Assembly: GCF_037042905.1 (NCBI RefSeq)
Contig: NC_087251.1
Location: forward strand, 23,934,001 to 23,998,000
DNA from: Lytechinus pictus
Lineage: Eukaryota
DNA length: 64,000 nt
Reading direction: 5' to 3'
Under the pieces are notes generated by a model, which ran no database searches, was not told where the DNA came from, and saw nothing but the letters and a program-made list of their open reading frames with translations. How positions within the stretch are numbered: the first letter of the stretch is position 1; every line of letters begins with the position of its first letter. Made by a program: the position numbers and the translations under genes. Of the stretch, positions 1-15,018 are shown one piece after another.

Positions 1-1870
1 AAAGTGATTATAAAGTGATTTTCTGATCTCTATACCTGCGTCATTATTTTGTACCCCGTATGTTTCAGTTTTTTTTTTTACAAATCACAAAGGTTTCCAT
101 GCTTCACGTGTATTTGGGAATGGAAAGATCCCTCTCCGTGAGAGCATCATCCCTTTCCCATTTTGTGCTCTTAATACGAAAAGTGAAATTAAGAAATAAA
201 ATTAGAGCAGGATAAGGTTTCAGACAAAAACTATTGGTGGGAAGGAATATCTTCTCTTTGCATACCTATTGATCTACCCAGTTTTGCGATGATTAATAAG
301 GCTAGATTTGTGGCTCTCACATCTTATCTGACCAAGATAAGCATTTTATACCACTCAATGAATGCCCTTTTTCTGTTCTCAAAGATTATATAAGACGTCA
401 TAGCTTCCGCGCTTCGCATGGGAAGAGAAATCATGTCAAATTCCCCAAATCTTTTCCCATTTTGGGCACTCATAATTTTTTTTCAAAAAAAAGTTTTATT
501 TAATCACAGCAAGTCAATGAATTCGAGCTGATGAGGGTCCTGGAGACGCGATAGATGTCTTCTTTTGAATTGAATTTGATGAGACATCGAAAATTTCGCG
601 CTTCGCATGGGCCGGGGGGAAAAGTCCCCCATCCCTGCACCCTCCCCCCCCCCCTTCTTCTGTTACTGTTTGCTACAGCAGAGAAAACAAACCACAACAA
701 GCCCCAAATCATACAGAAGACTGGGTTTGGGGTCTGAATCCCGAAACCTAAAAAAAGTGCAGGAAAGTTAAAAAATATAAATAAAAGATATGCTTTGTTA
801 GAAAGAAAATTTTCAGATTTTCTTTTGATATAAATCTTATAGAAGCAAATATACTACATCATTAATTTTCAACTCTATATCTTCGGCCACTAACCCCGTA
901 CAAGAGAAAAATATTTGTCGTGCATAGAATGGTCCATTCCTGCGCACGAGTCATTTTATTAAGTAAAACTTGTGTATTTAGGAATTATGAAACCAGATGG
1001 AAAAAAATCAGAGGCGCAATGAGCAAAAAATTTAAAGGGCAGAATAATGGCGTATCAGGCAAAATTTATAAAATTTTTATTACAAAAATTTGATTTGTGA
1101 TAGAGGCTTTGACATAAAACTATGCAGAAAATTAATAATAATATAATATTTTACCCTTCTCTCTCTCTCCTTTTCTCTTTTTTTTTCTTGGTCGTGAACA
1201 TTTTTGTGGCAAGCGCCTCCCACCCCCGTCCACCATCCGATACGGCTACTGGAAAAAAAAATAGAGAAAATATACATCTCATCTAGTCTTGTGTAAACCC
1301 CCATATTGTTGATCAGTCTCAATCAGGGTCTGTGCCTGCAGACTAAAAAAAGGAGGGGGGAAAGGATGGGGCTATTATGGTGGCGTTACGGCCATGCCCG
1401 GTTATGGCTACGGACAGGAGCGCCACGCTTTTTTTTCCTTTTTTTTTTCAATGCCTGCACACTTTTTTTTTATCACAGCCGCAGATGAACATCATCATCT
1501 TTTCAAAAATATATGTTTCATGATGACTAGAGAGTATTTTACTTGTAAAAAGGGTCTGATATAATGAATATGAATGCACAAATAAAATCACCTTCACTTT
1601 TTTTTTTTAAGAAAATGGTATTTTATGGAATATATTGCATAACATATTTATGGGAAAGCTGCCAAATCTTCACTAATGCATTTCTTTATTTTTTCTTCTT
1701 TCATGAAAAACTTAACATAGGGTTGAACTTTCCCTTTCAAATTTCGATTCTGAGAAAACGTGTTTAGACCCCGAGGAAAAGAGGAGGAAGCCATACAAGG
1801 TGGGTAGAAACGGAAGAAAGATCAGAGATCTGCATGATTTGTGAACACTGTAATATTAATATAATTCAAT

Positions 1871-2533
1871 AACAAGTGGAGCGAGCGCCTCTGGCAGTCT
1901 CACCTGCATTACGCGATTCAATATATAGAAGCAGTGCTGACTTTGAAAACTAATATAAAATAATTATTCACAAAAACACCGTTCATAATTATGATACAAA
2001 ACTACGTTCATTGACCCTAAATGACATTTGACCTTGATCATGATGTGACCTAAGATATAACTTGATTACCCCTATGTCCACATTTCATAAACTATATCCA
2101 TAAACTTTGACAGTTATGACAGCAATATAATAATTACCTCCAACATGGCCAAAGTCCATTGACCTTAAATGACCTTCATGTGCCCTGAAACTCGCAAAGG
2201 ATATTCAATGATACTTGATTACTCTTATGTCCAAGTTATATGAATCAGATCCATAAACTTTTAAAGTTATAATGGTAATTCAACAAATTCCCCCAACATG
2301 GTCTAAGTTCATTACACTGAATGAACTTTGACCTTGGTCATGTGACCTGAAACTCAGGCAGGATGTTTAGTAATACTTGATTAACCTTATGTCCAAGTTT
2401 CATAATCAACTAGGTCCATTATGTCATTTCAAAAGCTTAACTTTGAGTTTCGGTTATAAGATTTTACGTTGACGCCGCCTCCGCCGTCCTAAAAGCGGCG
2501 TCTATAAGTCTCACTCTGTTATGCAGGCGAGAC
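1871..2533 (-). mobile_element. Helentron-associated/DINE-1-like non-autonomous element, copy 1
   Basis: Subterminal inverted repeat GTCTCACCTGCA / TGCAGGCGAGAC, (GCC)n tract near one end, internal TGACCTT-rich repeats, A/T-run flanks, no TSD. Confidence 0.65.
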
Positions 2534-3466
2534 AAAAATTGAAGAAAATAAAAAGAGAAAAATGACATCATATTTAGGTCACCTCTTCCCTCTATCAAAA
2601 TTAGATTGTGGAATTTTATCATATAGATTTCCAGAATATGATAAAGAAGCTCATCTAATTTAATTGATAACAGCTGACGGTGACCCCATAATTAAGGCCG
2701 ACCCCAACGATTTTGAATTAAAAAAAGAAAAATAATCAAACAAGCATATATGCTGGAAATTTTATCAAAATTTGATGAAAAATAAGAGAATAATGAAATT
2801 GTAATTTGATGCTTTGCAAATGAGAGAGTCGGTGATGTCTCACAAGTAACGAATTATTCCGGAATTTTTGCAGATTTTACAAAACACTTCTTCTCATCAT
2901 AGGTTACAACAAACAAATGCAATTCCACATTGTCAGGGAGAAATCAAAATTAGTTTCACATTACCATGATCGAGTAGAAAATTGGGGTATTCAACATTTT
3001 GTTTTTTAAAAAGTGAGTACGTAGGCCACCCGTCATCGGTCCCATAATTTGTATATCGACCAGCATGTGTGTATTACAAGGAAAAAATTTACAAGTTTCT
3101 TGGGGGTTTTTTTCATCCGATTTTGATGAAATTTTCTTCCTTAGTATTAACAAAAAATTGGTTGGGATACACTTGCAATTTAAATATACTCTTGTGTGTA
3201 TATTGCGGGCGTCCCGACCCTTCGAGTTAATTGTTGGCAATCATTTTTTCCCAATTTTATTTTTCCCAAAAGATTGAATAGTGCATTTACATAAAACTGA
3301 AAAGCTTTCCTTGTGTCATTGTAAACAACTGGACGAAAAGTATGTTTTAATGACGTTTCAGTTCTACCGTCTGGCCTTCATTTTAGGTACAGATTGACCG
3401 CAATTCCGCGGCGAAAAATTATTCTTCCATGAACGATGCGAGTCATCGTCAGACGGGGGCAATCAT

Positions 3467-5386
3467 CATAGGCGGATCCAGGGGGGGGGGCGAGGGGCCT
3501 GGGTTCCCCTATTGGCGGAGCAAAAAAAAAAAGAAAAGAAAGGAAAGAAAGAAAAAAAGGGGGGAAATAGAGGAGAATAAAGAAGAGGAGGAAGACGAGT
3601 GAATAAAAAAGATTAAAATGAGGGGAAGACTTGGAAAATAAAAAGAATCTTTCAGGTCACTATAAAATTTTCGCTCGCGCTTCGCGCTCGCATTGCCTGT
3701 TAGGTGATTTACATAATTTGTTCAATATGGAGCTTAAATATCAAGTTTGGAAGTCAATATACAAAACATATTTCACCTCGACAATTGAACTTTCATTATT
3801 TTTTGTGATTTACAAATTTATTTTTATGAAGTGCTCTGTAAAAATGTCAGTTTTATGGTCTGAATAATAAAAAATTTCTGCTCGCGCTGCGCGCTCGCAA
3901 ATTTTGATTTATCTGGTACTTAATATTTTCGTGTATTCCATAAAGTTTTCAAAATATCCCTTTTCAGGTCTGTAGCCAAAACGTATCACCTAGCGCTGCA
4001 CGCTCGCATTTTGATTGGCGAGTAATGTAGGCCTATATTATGTGTCAATATTGATTCCCTTATTGATTACACGACAAACTACTTAAAATCTTCTTTTCAT
4101 GAAGGCAGTTTATCAAATATTTCGGCTCTCGCGATTTGCACTCGCATTAATTCCGCGCCCTCATTATGCATTAATAAATAAGATATCAATTTAATAATTA
4201 AATTGTCCTTTTGTTTCATCTCGCGCTTAATTAGCAAGAGGAATAGAAAGATAGTCATCATTTTCATATGATGACATGTCCTAAAGATGTCCCTGAAAAG
4301 TCATGTCCTATGTCAAAACTCAAAGTAATAATAATGAAAAATGTCAGCTCTTTATTAAGTGCGATCCATATCCACCTCACAATTTTCCTACAAAGTGCTT
4401 GAAATATATAGCTAAAATTGACCTTTTTTTAGATCGAAATATCAAATATTTTAAGCTCGCGCTTCGCGTTCGCTTTGATTTGCATGATAAAAGATGTATT
4501 TAGAATGCCTAGATTCTAGGATTAAATCTGAAACACGCGCGCGCATCTGCTCGCGCTTTGTGCTCGCATTATTAATGTAAGAAGATCTCCTATTACTCAT
4601 CCTTTTCATGATTTACAAAACACGAATAGATGAGTGTCCCGTTTTTATGTCTGAATCTCTAATTTTTCCACTCGCGCTTCGTGCTCGCATCAATTACTTA
4701 GTTATATAGCTATCTTGTTCACGATTACAAATATTGATTAAAATTTTCCATTCTTTATGTAGAAATGTCAAAAATTTCCAGCTCGCGCTTCGCGCTCGCA
4801 TTATTTGATTGTTGAAATATTACGTCTTCATGGCTAAGTGCAAGCAGTCCTTAACAGGTAGCGCCTACCTTTTCGATCAGTTCAAAACGTGAATTAAAAT
4901 TTTCTGCTCGTGCTTTGCGCTCGCATTATTAATGTAAGAAAGATCGCCAATCACTCATCCTTTTCATGATTTACAAAACATGAACAGACTGTCTCGTTTT
5001 TAGGTCTAAATCTCGAAATTTTTCGCTCGCGCTTTGCGCTCGAATCACATACCTATTCTGTTTAAGTTACAAAAAGTGCTTAGAATTTCCATTCTTGAGG
5101 TAAAAATTTCAGCTCGCGCCTGGCGCTCGCATTATTGATTGTTGAATAAAAATAAGAATACATAAAAATTCAACAACAAATTGCTCGCGCTTCGCATTGT
5201 ATAAATATTAAGGATTATGATATTATATATTTATGTTGATTTATAAGAATAAAGCTAAGAAGTAACTATTAGGACTACCCCTTCAAAGAAACAAACAAAA
5301 TATCATGTTCGAGCGGCCGATCGGAGAAAATATGGCTGAACAAAAAATCTGGGCCTCCCTATTGGCGAAGGCTGGATCCGTCCCTG
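3467..5386. mobile_element. ~1.9-kb TIR element with many GCTCGCGCTTCGCGCTCGCA motifs
   Basis: Ends CATAGGCGGATCCAG / CTGGATCCGTCCCTG; CCCTATTGGCG occurs near both ends; motif recurs about every 100-150 bp. Related fragments are scattered over ~39660-42700. Confidence 0.6.
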
Positions 5387-6567
5387 TAATCGATAACAAT
5401 ATTAAATCTTTTTCTTTTCAAATACATGGAAAGGGATGTATAATAAAATACACAATGAAAACTGAACACATTTGAATGGTGTCATTTCAACCATTAGAGA
5501 TCAGACAAGAATTATCATAGGCCCCATATACTACATGAAATCAATTTATATAAGGCTGCTTTCACGGTACACCACCCCTCCATCTTTCTCCTCCTCCTTT
5601 TTCTTACCCTTCCTCTCCTTCCTCCTTATTCTTCTCCTTTTCCTTCTTCCTCTACTTCTCCAGCCTCTTCTTCCTTCATTCGATTTTACCCTTCTCCATA
5701 TTATTATTTTGTCATAATATTGTCACATGAAAAAAAAAAAGAAATCGTTACAACGAAAATGAATTTGACCTGATTTATCGCGAGTATAAATGAAATTGTA
5801 GATTCAAACATAATAACTCTTTAAAGGGGAAGTTCACCCCCAATGATTAGTTGGTTTTAATAAAAGCTGAAAAAATTAGAGAAAAATATTGGTATATCCC
5901 TACAAAAATATGATGCAAAGGACATGAAATACACATTTGTTTGAATGGGTAAATTTCGGGATGTTAAAGAAAAACACATTTTGAATGGGTACCCGATTAA
6001 ATAAAATATATAGGTATCTGTTTTTTTTTAATGAACCACTTCTGAAGCATGCATGGAATGGGCAGGAATTATAAGGATATAATATTTGTCTGTAATATTT
6101 CTGATATGATCCCTAAATCTGTAAGATAAGTTTTTGTTGTTGTGTGTGTGTGTGTATTACCAAGGTAGTATCTCGTCCCCTCTGATAATTATGTAGAAGG
6201 GGTCAAGGCTGTTACTTGATTGTGAGGCCTCTAATTCCGGACAAAAAGAAAATAAAATAAATTGCATAAAACTAACAGAATACTAATGAATAATATAAAA
6301 TTTAAAGAATAATAAAATATGCCCATAAATCATAAAATTCAACAAAAGATAAAGAATATCATAAAAAGCAGTAATACATCTGTAAGATAACTGCTCAAAT
6401 TACAATATAAAGGGGAAAATTAACAGAGAGAGAGAGAGAGAGAGTGGGTGGGGCTGGATTCCAAATATTTAGAATTCAATTTTCATAAAAGAAAAAAGTT
6501 ATAAAAAAAAAATTGTTGACTAAAATCCATTAGAGAATAACATATAATCATGTGTTCTGTTTAAAGT

Positions 6568-6852
6568 ACTTTTGATTTTATAATGTTACATGCAAGCAGT
6601 TCTACCATAATGTTATGTGGATCGAGAATAAATAATTAAAATACTCTTTCCTAAAGTTTTAAAGTTTTTACTTTTGATTTTATAATGTTACATGCAAGCA
6701 GTTCTACCATAATGTTATGTGGATCTATAATAAATAATAAAAATACTCTATCCTAAAGTTTCAAAGTTTTTACTTTTGATTTTATAATGTTACATGCAAG
6801 CAGTTCTACCATAATGTTATGTGGATCTATAATAAAAACACTCTTATCTAAA
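6568..6852. repeat. Tandem repeat, ~102-bp unit, about three copies
   Basis: TGATTTT(T)ATAATGTTACATGCAAGCAGTTCTACCATAATGTTATGTGGATC recurs at ~6573, ~6676 and ~6777. Confidence 0.9.
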
Positions 6853-9229
6853 AGAAAATGATTTGAGTATTTAATATACATGTATATTCAGACACATTTT
6901 AGGCATACTTGTTTCTTTAATGTACTGTATAAAATAGTTATTCATCATGAACTTCAAAAAAACACAATTGATGGAACTTTTGCCAAACCTTCATCAACGT
7001 TCCTCCCATTTTCTGTTTTTTTTTTAAATTGAAACCAACTTGACATCGGGATGAAACTCCTCTTGTTTCTTGAAAATGAGTTAAAAACCATTTTGAATTG
7101 GGGATTGATATACAAATCTTAAAGTCCAAAGCAGAAGCACAACTGTATTCAGACAGAGTTAAAGAGTTTAAAGCCTGCATCAAGTCAAATAATATATATA
7201 AATACATTTTATTCTTAATACCCAACATTCATAACAAAATTGAATAAAACATATCTAAGAAGAAGATAACACAAAAACCAAACTCCACATTTATCACATT
7301 TCACAGATTCTCAATTCTATTCAAAAATTAGCATGACTGTATTACGGTTGAACAGCTGTCCTTTGTTAAAGAGGAATTAACTACATGAGAAAAAATAGCA
7401 TTCCTAACCTTCATTTCTTGTCATTTCCAGATATTGTTATGACTATCATATCCAGATCTAAAAACAATGCACTCAATAAACAGAAGAAAAATTGGTACAA
7501 GAACCTTAATTCCATCCACATTACTTAACAACAAACTAATGAACCCTATAAAAAATCCTTTGAAAACATTTATTCACAGTATTTGATACTATCCATATTA
7601 GTTTCAACCATAAGGCTTATTTGATACCTGAAATTAGATATCAAGAGAGAAACCTGTATCTGATGCAAACCATAAAAATTACATGTTTCGGGACAAGACA
7701 TGGCACGTTCCCTGGTCAGTACTTGATCTTGATGTGATGACACAATCTCTTCAAGTGGTCATAAAGAATACGCAGCACCAAAGGAAACATAATTTAGTTG
7801 CTACCATTACATAGACTATGTTACTTCAATTGAACTGTTCAGTTCTTGACCAATATTATTTTTACAGGGGATGGGGTGCTGGTAAAAAGAACAGCCTTTT
7901 TCCCGGCTAGATATCATGGTGAGAATTATTAACTTGTGAGTGCTATATTTAATCCATACATATTGCACATCCTTGCTGCAACCTATGAATTCATATCACA
8001 TCATCCCTCTCAAAAACGCCATACAAGATATACATTTGTATTACAGAAAAAGGAAAGACCTGACTGAAACATGTTCCTAATACTGCTCAGAAAAAAAGAA
8101 AAAAATATGAAAGAAATTGGCATTGTGATTGGGTATTCTTAGCACCAAAATGAATTGCATCTTGCGTAAAATGTACATTTCTGCTTGTAGAAGAAAGCAA
8201 GATTATAAGCCCCCTTTGGAGTCACAGTGAAGACTTTGGCATTAATTCTACAAACAAAGTATATTTTACAGACTTGGCCCCCGAATGGTTTGACATGGAC
8301 ACATTCCTTCCTGAAAACATGCAAATAATGCACAGGTCACAATGTGAATTATAATGTTGCAATAAGCACAGGGCACAAACACTAAACATGTTTGCAAATT
8401 GAGAGAAATATCTGAGATGCCTGCATGTGTGTTTGAGTTTTTTTCACAGAGGTGCATCAATCAGATATGATTATTTACAACAAGACCGATCTTTAAGTTC
8501 ACTATCTGAAATACTTGACGAGGTAACTGTTTCATAAAGCTTTTAGTAAATTACGAGTGACTCTACAAAAGACTGGTGATCCTTTCTTAGGCATTTAATC
8601 AACATCAATGAAAATTTGGTGTACATCATTTACAAGAAAGGATAATCAGTCAAACAATACCTTATGAAGAGCATTATGAAACTACAAACTGGGCTCAAAC
8701 CACCTCAAACCTCTGTTTTAATTTGCAACCTACCCAACATAGCTTGGATTGTTTGCATTATTGGTTTCGTAAAACAGCTACCAGTATGAATTTCTACAAA
8801 AATTTGTTCATAAAACTTTTTCAATTTCCACGAATTGTACAGGCAAGGCAGTCACATTTACTTCCCCTTATAACTTGAAAAGCCTAACCATAAAGTATGA
8901 TGCATATTCATATCACTGTGTGCATGACTCAGTGTACACACCATTGTCAATGCAATAGCAAAGTCTTCACTTGGAAAATACATAAATTATCAGTGTCTCT
9001 TTCTTATATGTCCTACAGGTGCAGTGATGCATCCGAAATGCAAGGCCTAGGGGTTTGGTAAAATCAAAGCACCAGCACATGACTTGTACACTTACACTAT
9101 TGGCTATATTCTTAAACCCTGTTTATATTTTGTTACTATTATTATAATAATAATATGGTCCACGACTCCATTTATATAGCTCAGCTACTATAATTGCATA
9201 TACTCTACTGAGCTTCATACTTGGTATCA

Positions 9230-9430
9230 TATTATTACCCCGGCTGTAGCTGAGTCGCCATATAGGCGCTAAGGCATTCAAGGAATAAATCCTACCGGGA
9301 ACCCATTCACCTCACCTGGGTCGGGTGCAGCACAATGTGGGTAAATTTCTTGCTGAAGAAAAACATGCCATGGCTGGGATTCCAACCCATGTCCCTCTGA
9401 TTGACAGACAAGGGTCGTAACCAAGAGACT
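9230..9430 (-). mobile_element. tRNA-derived SINE
   Basis: Minus-strand head with degenerate A box and GGGTTGGAATCCC B box, followed by a CCCAGGTGAGGTGAATGGGTACCCGG core. Confidence 0.65.
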
Positions 9431-9841
9431 ATTCCCATTTGTAAATGAATACTTTCCAATTCTGTAGAGCTATTCCAAAAGATACAATAAACACACATTT
9501 TTACTTCGTTTGGAGATCTCGGCTGCTATGGATCATTGCATGTCAAATAAAAAATGTAGTTCCAAAATTTGTTACACCTTATAATAATAATAATAATAGA
9601 AAGATTGATTATTGAATATTCTAAACATTCTCTCTGAAATATACCTGTACATCAATATTGAACAATGAAAAAGGTCAAACAACCCATCACAAACTTCAAA
9701 AGAAATGGGTATAAAATAAATATACAACACATTGCACAGAATATTCACTGTTTCATAAATTTGATAAGTAAAATTCAAAACATCAAAATTCAATGATAAA
9801 AGTTAGGTATTCAAACTATTAAAAAAGCTATATAAAAAAAA

Positions 9842-10800
9842 AACAAGTGGAACGCCTCTGGCAGTTTCACCTGCATCGCGCAATTCAATATAGCAGCAGT
9901 GCTGACTTTGAAAACTACTATAAAATAATTATTAAAAAAAACATCATTCATATAAATTATAATGATACAATACTATGTTCATCGACAATAAATGACATTT
10001 GACCTTGATCATGCGACCTAAGACTTGTCAGTGATACTTGATTACCCCTATATCCACATTTTATAAACTATATCTATAAACTTTGAAAGTTATGACAGCA
10101 ATCTAATAATTACCTCCTAAATGGCCAAAGTTCAATGACCTTAAATGACCTTGTATTTGGTAATGTGACCTGAAAATTGTATGAGATGTTAAATGATACT
10201 TGATTACTCTTTATGTCCAAGTTATACACTTTGAGAGTTATGATGGTTATTCAACAAATACCACCTACTACAAGGCCAAAGTCCATTGACCTTTGTCAAG
10301 TGACCTGAGACTCGCACAGGATGTTCAGTGATACTTGATTACTCTTATGTCCAAGTTTCATGAATCAGATCCATAAACTGTTAAAGTTATGATGGCAATT
10401 CAACAGATTTGGCCAGAGTTCATTGACCCTAAATGACCTTTGACCTTGGTCATGTGACTCGAAACTCAGGCAGGATGTTCAATAATACTTAATCAACCTT
10501 ATGTCCAAGTTTCGTGAACTAGGTCCATATATATTCTAAGTTATGATGACATTTCAAAAACTTAACCTTAGGTTAAGATTTTGATGTTGATTCCCCCAAC
10601 ATTGTCTAAGTTCATTGACCCTAAATGACCTTTGACCTTGGTCATGTGACCTGAAACTCAGGCAGGATGTTTAGTAATACTTGATTAACCTTATGGCCAA
10701 GTTTCATGAACAAGGTCCATATACTTTCTAAGTTATGCTGTCATTTCAAAAACTGAACCTTCGGTTAAGATTCGGTGTTGACGCTGCCACCGCCGTCGCA
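9842..10800 (-). mobile_element. Same Helentron/DINE-1-like family, copy 2 (one end truncated)
   Basis: Starts AACAAGTGGAACGCCTCTGGCAG; tandem GACCTTTGACCTTGGTCATGTGACCTGAAACTC units. Confidence 0.65.
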
Positions 10801-13380
10801 AACTATGAAATGAAATGCTCAACAAATTATTGTCCAAATAAAAACATGCAAGAAAAATATCGGTAAAGATCTCTACTGAGAGTATGGGCACATCACTATT
10901 TTCAATATTATTAAATGTTCAATTAAAAAAAAGGGTTTTCATTATGGTACAGTGTACATGTATCTTAAATAGCTCCCAACAGTAACACTAATCTACAACC
11001 AAATACTACTTGGTGAATCCAACCATGGACCTACCATGATCCAACTCAACTAGTTAATCACAATTATCTTTTACAATTCACTTAATACAATGAAAACAAT
11101 ATTCATGAATAACTTTGATTAATAGTCATGAAATGGTTTCAGGATTTTCATAAAGACCTAGCAACATCTGTCGCCAAATGAGATTTACTTAAATAAATAG
11201 AGTAAAATTCACAGAGCAGAATGCTGAAAATTTAATCATAATTGGATAACAAATAACAAAGTTATTGAATTTAAAAGTTTATCAATATTTTGAGAAAAGT
11301 TATATGCACATCATCATTAATATTCATTAGGTGGGCTGATGATGTCAAATCTCCACTTTCCGTTTTCTTATGTTATTATATGAAATCATAATTGTTTCAT
11401 TTTTTCTTACATGTGTAAATGATGTGTCTCCATTATGATGAAATAAGTTGCGGCAATAAATAACTAATGCACTTAATCGTTTGTGAATCCAATTGTTTTA
11501 GTTCTTGATAGAAAAATATTGAATAAACCTATTTTCATATAATAAAATACAAAAGAACAAGTGGGGATATGACATCATCAGCCCACCTAATGAATATTCA
11601 TAAAGACATGCTTTGAACTGTTTCACCAGAATGTTGCAATTTTCTTTAACTGGCTACATGGCTACTACTTTTTGCCCCACAACACAATCATATATTAGTG
11701 TCTAGGATCATTTAAATGAAAGCACTCTTTCTTAGTAGCATTATCATATTTACTGTCATAAAAATACTATATTTTCTCTATTTTGACATCTTTTACATGA
11801 AATTAATCATTCACATATTGTCATTTACTGAGGGTGAGTTGGCAATCAGTATATGAGTTGATGGGACAGACATTTCTGGCTGAAATTTTCAAACAAATTG
11901 AAGTTCTTACTAGTCACTTGAGCAGATGATATGGAAAACTACTGCATATGGTGTAATGGACACTAACTTGGATAACTGGTTATTACAATACATGATCTGG
12001 CAAAAAAATCTTTTTGGCATCATTCTATCAATGCAATATGCACAGACTCATAGATGCTGTTTAATAGACTAACTGCTATAAATTCTGTGTTTACTGAATG
12101 ACGTTTGGCAAATGAGCAGGGATATTATATTACATCAAACAATATCCATGTAATAACATCGTAGTAAAAACATTATGTATCCAAGAAAACCCTATCACTA
12201 CCTCTATTTGACCACTATCAATTACATTAACTTGCTGAAAATTGCAACAAATGAACTGCTGAACCTGATTTAAAAAAAAAATCCTAATTTTGTTTATCAA
12301 TACATCTATAAGACAAAAAACAAAAGGGAGAAATGTTTAATTTAGTTTTGTTCATGTCATGAAATCCGAATGATGTGGTTGTGACCTTTAACATTTAAAA
12401 AAGAGGACATACATGTACATTGAACATTTCACAAATATCAATAATGCAACAAAATTATAATAGTCTAAAAACCAACCTTCATTTTTCAGTCTACAATAAT
12501 AACAATCAACAAGAGCACAATACTGAATATGCTTAATATTTTCAACATTACATAATCAAAGTCTCACCATTTAAAAAATGGTAACCCGTATTAAAGAAAC
12601 TCCATCAATAAATCAAGGTAATCTAAAGAGACATCATAAAGAAATGCTATGCCTATGGTTGGCAATTTCTTCAGTGGGGTTGTAATAAGCAAATAATCAC
12701 CACTGTTGAAGAAGATGGGCAAACTATCACTGTCAAGGCAAGCTGGATATAGCTATCTTTCAGAAGCAGCACTGAGGAATAAACATAGCGAGTACATCCA
12801 GCTCGCTGAGTTGTGAAAATGATGTAAAGTTAATTTTCCCAGAATTACATTTTTGCTTCACAAAAATGCTTTACAACAGTTTGGATGACCGCTAAAATAA
12901 AGACATTAAAAAGAGTTTAAAGTACATTGTCCTCAAAAGATCAGTACTGCCTCAATAAGCATTTTACATTCATAAATGTTAAAGGTTTCCATGAACCAAA
13001 AATCTTATGAAAGAACTTGTGCTTACTTTAAATAATAGCATGATGTGGAGTATAATGAGAATCATACAAAATATCTAAAGAATCTAAAAGTACTGTAAAC
13101 AATGCCCTTTATTCAGCACTTCATGTAGCACTGTCCTGTTATGGCAAAAGGAAGCAAGTAACCAAGGTTAGATCTGTAATTTACTAACATATTTTACATA
13201 TACAGTGTAATTGAGTTTTTACAGACATGCATCAATCAGATAGGCATTGTATTGTAACTTCTCTATGTAGCTTGGATTACAGGTGCATGCCACAATGCCA
13301 ATTTTTTTTACCGGGGGGGGGGGGGGCGCTGTTTCATAAAATTGTTTTTATGTTACCTGAGACTTTACAAATGTCTAGAA

Positions 13381-14409
13381 CAGGGGTTCTCAAACTTTTT
13401 TTGAAGGGCCAGATGAGACTCCTAGTAAACCTGACAGGGCCAGGGTGAAGTAGATACTTAGAAAAAAAAATGTGCGCGAAGCGCAAAGACTTTTGCGGTC
13501 GGGGTCCTAGATGCTCTCTTGTGCAATCTGGCCCTTATTTTGGGAGCATTTAATCCAACAAATTTATAAGTTTCATATGGAACGCAGGCAAAATAATAAA
13601 AGATTTCAAAATACAGCGAGAGTCAAAATTAATGATCACAAAATTGTAGTACTTTGTTAAAAGGAATCTAGATTATACCTATACATACCTGGTATTAGGG
13701 AGACGGATAATGTCTTGAAGTATCAATATTTATTGTAGTCAAAGTAGATTGAATAATAGAGCATGTCTGTTGTAGACTCTAACAAGGATGTCAGTCTCCT
13801 AGTCACTTTCAATATGGGGGAAGTGACAGTCTGTCAGCAACAAGTTGCTTGAACCTTGGTACAAAAGGTGTAATTGCCAGACGAAGGCACTGGTGCAAAG
13901 GTTCACTGGTCAAGCAGGGGCCGCAGAAGCGGGGTGGGACTTCAGCCCCCCACTTTTTTCCAAAATCATGTACAAAAACGTAAAAATTACCATATGATTG
14001 TGATTTTTTGCATGGCCAGCCCCCCCCCCCCCCTACTTTGAAAACTGTTCCGCGGCCCCTGTCAAAGGACTTCGGTATGAGTTAGTTCTTTAAAATGTTA
14101 ATTGTGGATAATGCACTTTCGCACCTGTATGTAGATCCAAACATGGTGAGAACAGCGCTGGTCATCTAATAAGAAAGTAGATCGAACAGACAGAAAAGAC
14201 TCCACTAAACTTTGTTTAAAAGTCAAATTAATTTGACTGCCATTACTTTTATTACGGTCATGACGGTTAGGTCTACATGGATACACAATGTAATCATAAT
14301 TTTGAGCTATGTTTCATATTGTGACTTAAAAGTGATAAAAAAAAACCCAGCAGGGTCTCGCGGGCCGCGGGCCGGATCCGGCCCGCGGGCCGTAGTTTGA
14401 GAACCCCTG
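13381..14409. mobile_element. hAT (Charlie-like) non-autonomous element
   Basis: TIR CAGGGGTTCTCAAACT / AGTTTGAGAACCCCTG; 8-bp TSD GTCTAGAA / GTCTTGAA; GGCCCGCGGGCC subterminal repeats. Confidence 0.85.
13915..14061. mobile_element. Small CAGGGGCCGC-TIR MITE nested in the hAT element
   Basis: CAGGGGCCGCAGAA / TTCCGCGGCCCCTG; sister copies at ~45284-45432 and ~46741-46899. Confidence 0.7.
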
Positions 14410-15018
14410 GTCTTGAACATGCACTGGATCAGAATCTTATTCATTTAAATCCCCATCAGTCAAACAGAAATATGTTGGTACCTCATTACATAGAACAAGA
14501 ATGCAATCCAGTTACTGTAATTAGGGCTGAGTCATTACATTAAAAAAAATAGAAATAAATAATGTGAAAGTTTTGATATATAGATCTAGACAATGAAATA
14601 CAAGTCTTAAAATGGTTGATATTCTTAGTCTTTGGTGATACTGAATTTTTTGTGCATTTCTCTTTTTAGCGGTGCACCGGTCTGGAAGATGTTGCATCAG
14701 TGATTGGTGGCATTGGTCGCTCACTGGTGGACCGTCAGCTTTAAATCAGCCCTAATTGTTATGTTATGCATAGTTTAAGAACAGCTTTTGAAACAGAGAT
14801 TTATAGAAAATATTTGGCCGAAGAATTTGAGCACGTCAAGTAGAATATCAATCACTCAAAAAATGTGATTGGTATGTAACTTGCTTCCTTTGCCAAAGAA
14901 GGACAGAGTATACCTTATATAGATTTATTCTCATATCTTCAGAAAGAAAAGGCTTTGTTTCGAAATTACATTCCGCTGTTTTTCTTTGGCTGTAGATAAC
15001 CGGCATACAGTTAATGAG

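Noticed and set aside
3670..5200. Repeat-spacer pattern resembling a CRISPR array
   Set aside because: Eukaryotic context, irregular and mutually related spacers, degenerate repeats, enclosed by transposon TIRs, no cas genes.
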